This document shows positions 60,905 to 64,000 of a stretch of DNA of 64,000 nt, in pieces (within the stretch, counting starts at the first letter, position 1; the number at the start of each line of letters is the position of its first letter). Under the pieces are notes generated by a model. It was not told the DNA's origin and did no database searches. It worked only from the letters and a program-made list of their open reading frames with translations. Source of the DNA: Deferribacterales bacterium (GTDB lineage Bacteria > Chrysiogenota > Deferribacteres > Deferribacterales > Geovibrionaceae). The stretch covers positions 273,577 through 337,576 of the forward strand of contig JBFWMA010000001.1 of the NCBI GenBank assembly GCA_050251875.1, read 5' to 3'. A program made the position numbers and the translations under genes.

Positions 60905-61789
60905 TTAAAGCTTTGTTAAAATGTGGCTCCGTATGTCATCGAGACATTTGGAGACATCACTCTTCATATTGTTTATGTAGTAAGGCTGCATAACCTTAAT
61001 ACTCTCGCTTACGCTAATATCATAAGGCATAAAACCTAATTTTTCAATATTAATACCGAGATATTTTTTAGTTACGTTCTCAAAACCGTAAAAAACATTC
61101 AATTCTTTGCGTGTTCTCACCAGATTCAGCACCGAACCGACCTTATAATCGTTAACTATCTCTTCAACATCTTTGGTTCCTGAGGGGTCTATTTCGTTCA
61201 TAGCCGCCAGGATGGAGTTGATATTAGGGTAGTTCATGCTCTTGCTTCTGAGCTTGTTGCACACATCGGAATATTTCAGGTCTTTTCTCAGCATCAGCTC
61301 TATCTTCCGATAGAGAGCCACCTTGAGAAAACCGTATGAGTTTTCCAGAGACGTGGGCTCAGAATTCATTATCATTATCTTTTTATCGGCAAAGTTAAAA
61401 AAATCAATCATGTTAAAGCTGGTTCCGGCGCCCAAATCGAGGATTATGTATCTGTAATCCAGCTTTTTCAGACGGTTCAGCACTTTCAGCTTTTCAAAAT
61501 TGGTGATGTGAGCCATCCCCAGAACATCGCTGGATCCTCCGACAAAATCGACTCCCGCCGGGGATCTGGTTATCACGCTGTTGATGTCGGTCTTTTCTTT
61601 CAGAAACTCATAGAGTCCCTTTCCGGGGACTTTCAGCCCGACAAAGTCGTGCAGGTTCGCCCCGCCCAGATCGGCATCCACCAGAAGGGTGTCGTTGCCG
61701 GCAGTTTTAAGAGACATGGAGATGTTGGAAGAGAAAAAACTCTTTCCCACACCGCCTTTTCCACTGGCTACAGCTATGATTTCAGCCAT
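60905..61789 (-). CDS. MinD/FlhG-family P-loop ATPase
   Basis: ASGKGGVGKS, VDADLGGANLH, DLGAGTSFN and EPTSLENSY motifs. Confidence 0.88.
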   Translation of the reverse strand: MAEIIAVASGKGGVGKSFFSSNISMSLKTAGNDTLLVDADLGGANLHDFVGLKVPGKGLYEFLKEKTDINSVITRSPAGVDFVGGSSDVLGMAHITNFEKLKVLNRLKKLDYRYIILDLGAGTSFNMIDFFNFADKKIMIMNSEPTSLENSYGFLKVALYRKIELMLRKDLKYSDVCNKLRSKSMNYPNINSILAAMNEIDPSGTKDVEEIVNDYKVGSVLNLVRTRKELNVFYGFENVTKKYLGINIEKLGFMPYDISVSESIKVMQPYYINNMKSDVSKCLDDIRSHILTKL

Positions 61790-61792
61790 AAA

Positions 61793-62230
61793 TTAAACTC
61801 TGCCCCTGTATTTTTTTACGATGTAATAGGTTAGAATATACGCAATCGCTCCAAGAATCAACCCCAGCAAGTGCGTTCCGGTAAAAAAAGGGATGAAAAA
61901 GGTCTTAGCCGTGTGCAGGACAGACTGAAGAGTCATTTCGCTGAAAGACGGCGGTCTGACGGCGTGCTGTCCGGTGACGAATTCGCCGAATTTATAGCAC
62001 AGGGTATATATGGGGACTATGGTGAAAGGATTGGTTATGTAAGCTCCGACAATAAGAGGATAAAAAGGCAGACCGAATATGAACGAAGCGCCTATCGCCA
62101 GGGCTGTGTGCAGCCCGACATATGGAGAAAAGCCGATAAAAATGCCTACCGCTGTGGACAGGGCGATTTTTCTCGGAGAGCAGTCCAGATTGAGTATTTT
62201 TTTCAGCTTGTGTCTGATTTTCTCCAGCAT
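61793..62230 (-). CDS. DUF2062 membrane protein
   Basis: SPRKIALSTAVGIFIGFSP..GLHT and TNPFT..PIY motifs. Confidence 0.85.
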   Translation of the reverse strand: MLEKIRHKLKKILNLDCSPRKIALSTAVGIFIGFSPYVGLHTALAIGASFIFGLPFYPLIVGAYITNPFTIVPIYTLCYKFGEFVTGQHAVRPPSFSEMTLQSVLHTAKTFFIPFFTGTHLLGLILGAIAYILTYYIVKKYRGRV

Positions 62231-62538
62231 GATTTCTCATATCACTAATTTTGTGAAATGTCTCTATATAAAATCATGTTACGCCTTTCTGTCATATGTA
62301 TGTCCTATTGGCGGAACTAATAAAACATATAGAAAAATAAAAAAAACTATTGTCACTTTTCGTTCTCTTTGTAATATTATGTTTATAGCTATAGTGACGC
62401 AATTATTATTTGTTTAGTCTGCCGAGAATCACCATCAGGTAAATTTACTTGTAATATGCTTGACATACCGTTTAAACATTCAGGCTGTTTAACGAATAGT
62501 TCGTTTACTGGGTGGAAATTATGAGGTATTATTGCACT

Positions 62539-63354
62539 ATGTTGGGAAACAAGATTAGAAAATTGATTAAAAAGAAGGGAATCAAGCAGATAGACGTTTG
62601 TCGCGCTGTCGGTTTGTCACCTTCCAGACTTTCAAACTACCTTAGCGGCAGTAGAGAACCCGACCTCGAAACACTTTCCAGATTAGCCAGATTTCTGGAA
62701 GTGAAGCTCGATTATTTCGCCTATGGCGACAATATCAAGAACACGAAAGAGATCGGGGAAAACATTAAAAACATGAGAGAAAAAAGGGGTTTTTCCAAAG
62801 GCGATCTGGCTGCTGTTGCTAAAATCGATGTTCAGTCTCTTTCGAGGCTTGAGCTTGGATACGGGGAGTTTGAAAGGGATTTAATCGAGAACCTTGCGGG
62901 CTGTCTGACATGTAAAGTGTCCGACCTTATTGGTGCAGAGGAGGGTTACTCTATGGATACCGGCATTTCGGCTGCTGCCGAATGCGAGCTGGTGATTTAT
63001 GAGCCTGACGCTCCTGTGATAGGCATCAACCTCACTGATGTGGAGGACGGCAGATGCGAGAAGGAAAAGGGTGCGGTGTGGGTTGCTGTTAATGACGGCA
63101 GATTCGCTCCGAAGGTCAATGAAGCGGATATTCTGTATATCGAAAAACTGGAGCCCGAAGAGCTCTGTGACAGAGATCTTCTGCTCTATTTTGACGGTGA
63201 CGCGCTTAAGCTGATGAGGGCTTTCGTTACTGACGACAGCGTTCTTCTGGCTCCGGAAGTCGGAGCTGGCGCTCCGGTGGTTATTCCGGCTGGCGCAGGT
63301 CTTAAGCCCGGTTGCAGGGTATATAAGATCAATTGGCATGCGGTAAGATATTAG
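62539..63354 (+). CDS. Double XRE-HTH transcriptional regulator with S24-like C-terminal domain (start may be 62521)
   Basis: Two HTH_3 repeats (LGNKIRK...SRLSNYLSGSREP; IGENIKNMRE...SLSRLELG); C-terminal AVNDGRFAP...DILYIE. Confidence 0.82.
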   Translation: MLGNKIRKLIKKKGIKQIDVCRAVGLSPSRLSNYLSGSREPDLETLSRLARFLEVKLDYFAYGDNIKNTKEIGENIKNMREKRGFSKGDLAAVAKIDVQSLSRLELGYGEFERDLIENLAGCLTCKVSDLIGAEEGYSMDTGISAAAECELVIYEPDAPVIGINLTDVEDGRCEKEKGAVWVAVNDGRFAPKVNEADILYIEKLEPEELCDRDLLLYFDGDALKLMRAFVTDDSVLLAPEVGAGAPVVIPAGAGLKPGCRVYKINWHAVRY

Positions 63355-63358
63355 ATAT

Positions 63359-63391
63359 AAAAAAGCCTCTCTGACGAGAGGCTTTTTTTTT
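63359..63391 (+). terminator. Intrinsic terminator
   Basis: GCCTCTC-TGAC-GAGAGGC followed by T9. Confidence 0.9.
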
Positions 63392-63394
63392 GCA

Positions 63395-64000
63395 TAAATT
63401 TGTCACTGCGAGCCGATGTAATCGGTGCGGCAGTCTCATCCGTCAGCAGATGCTTGAGATTGCTTCGTTACACTCGCAATGACAAAACAGGCTTTAGGAT
63501 AAAGCCCGTGAAGCGCAGCGTAACGTGAGCGGAATGAGGCTTGCCGATTGGAGCGTTGACAGAAATTCCCTCATGGACGGGGAATTTCTGAGTGTAAATT
63601 TGTCACTGCGAACCGATGTAATCGGTGCGGCAGTCTCATCCGTCAGCAGACGCTTGAGATTGCTTCGTTACACTCGCAATGACAAAACAGGCTTTAGGAT
63701 AAAGCCCGTGTAGCGTAGCGTAACGTGAGCGAAATGAGGCTTGCCGATTGTAGCGTTGGCAGAAATTCCCTCATGGACGGGGAATTTCTGAGTGTAAAAT
63801 TAGATTGCTTCGTTACACTCGCAATGACAAAACAGGCTTTAGGATAAAGCCCGTGTAGCGTAGCGTAACGTGAGCGAAATGAGGCTTGCCGATTGTAGCG
63901 TTGGCAGAAATTCCCTCATGGACGGGGAATTTCTGAGTGTAAAATTAGATTGCTTCGTTACACTCGCAATGACAAAACAGGCTTTAGGATAAAGCCCGTG
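63395..64000. repeat. Tandem array of composite palindromic repeats (200-bp period, then 145-bp period), truncated by window end
   Basis: 63401 aligns with 63601; AGATTGCTTCG recurs at 63457, 63657, 63802 and 63947; units nearly identical with no unique spacers. Confidence 0.95.

Noticed and set aside
62512..63354. Prophage repressor marking a prophage
   Set aside because: No integrase, cro-like divergent gene or structural genes in the window
63525..63713. 62-aa ORF in the repeat array
   Set aside because: Lies wholly within non-coding palindromic repeats with no protein-like features
63395..64000. CRISPR array
   Set aside because: Units are 145-200 bp and essentially identical throughout; no unique spacers and no cas genes

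Overview
Bacterial chromosomal window of moderate GC. The gene mix (large flagellins plus Maf, GH57 glycogen cluster, heme-c sensor kinase, pcm-rpoS) suggests an anaerobic Gram-negative respirer such as Deferribacterota; this is inference only. Contents from left to right: an ECF sigma operon whose anti-sigma has an extracytoplasmic glycogen-binding (CBM48-like) domain; an SLC13 transporter with cysD-cysNC; a flavodoxin with a Fur-like box; phoX plus a diheme c-type protein; FecR, a frameshifted OmpA and CHASE2/HD-GYP; kup; two-component genes; mscS; ilvA; an M1-ChaN-PDZ protein; ygiQ; an acyl-CoA ligase; an AT-rich intergenic DnaA-box cluster; two ~790-aa flagellins with flaG and maf; a M24 peptidase, rpoS-like sigma, pcm and argB; mltB; rpe and a GH57-only glycogen cluster ending in ferritin; AraC/SDR; a CheW-CheZ fusion with a MinD/FlhG ATPase; a double-HTH repressor; and a tandem palindromic repeat array running off the right end. 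No rRNA, tRNA, CRISPR or transposase was seen. The strongest candidates for undescribed biology are: (1) an identical 24-nt antiterminator-like RNA hairpin overlapping an intrinsic terminator in both sigma28 flagellin leaders, combined with CsrA-type GGA hairpins; (2) the CheW-acidic linker-CheZ fusion with slippery A10/A13 runs; (3) the alpha-glucan-sensing ECF module; (4) the PhoX/diheme pair; (5) a repeat family that displays GGA-loop hairpins; (6) an orphan DnaA-box cluster.
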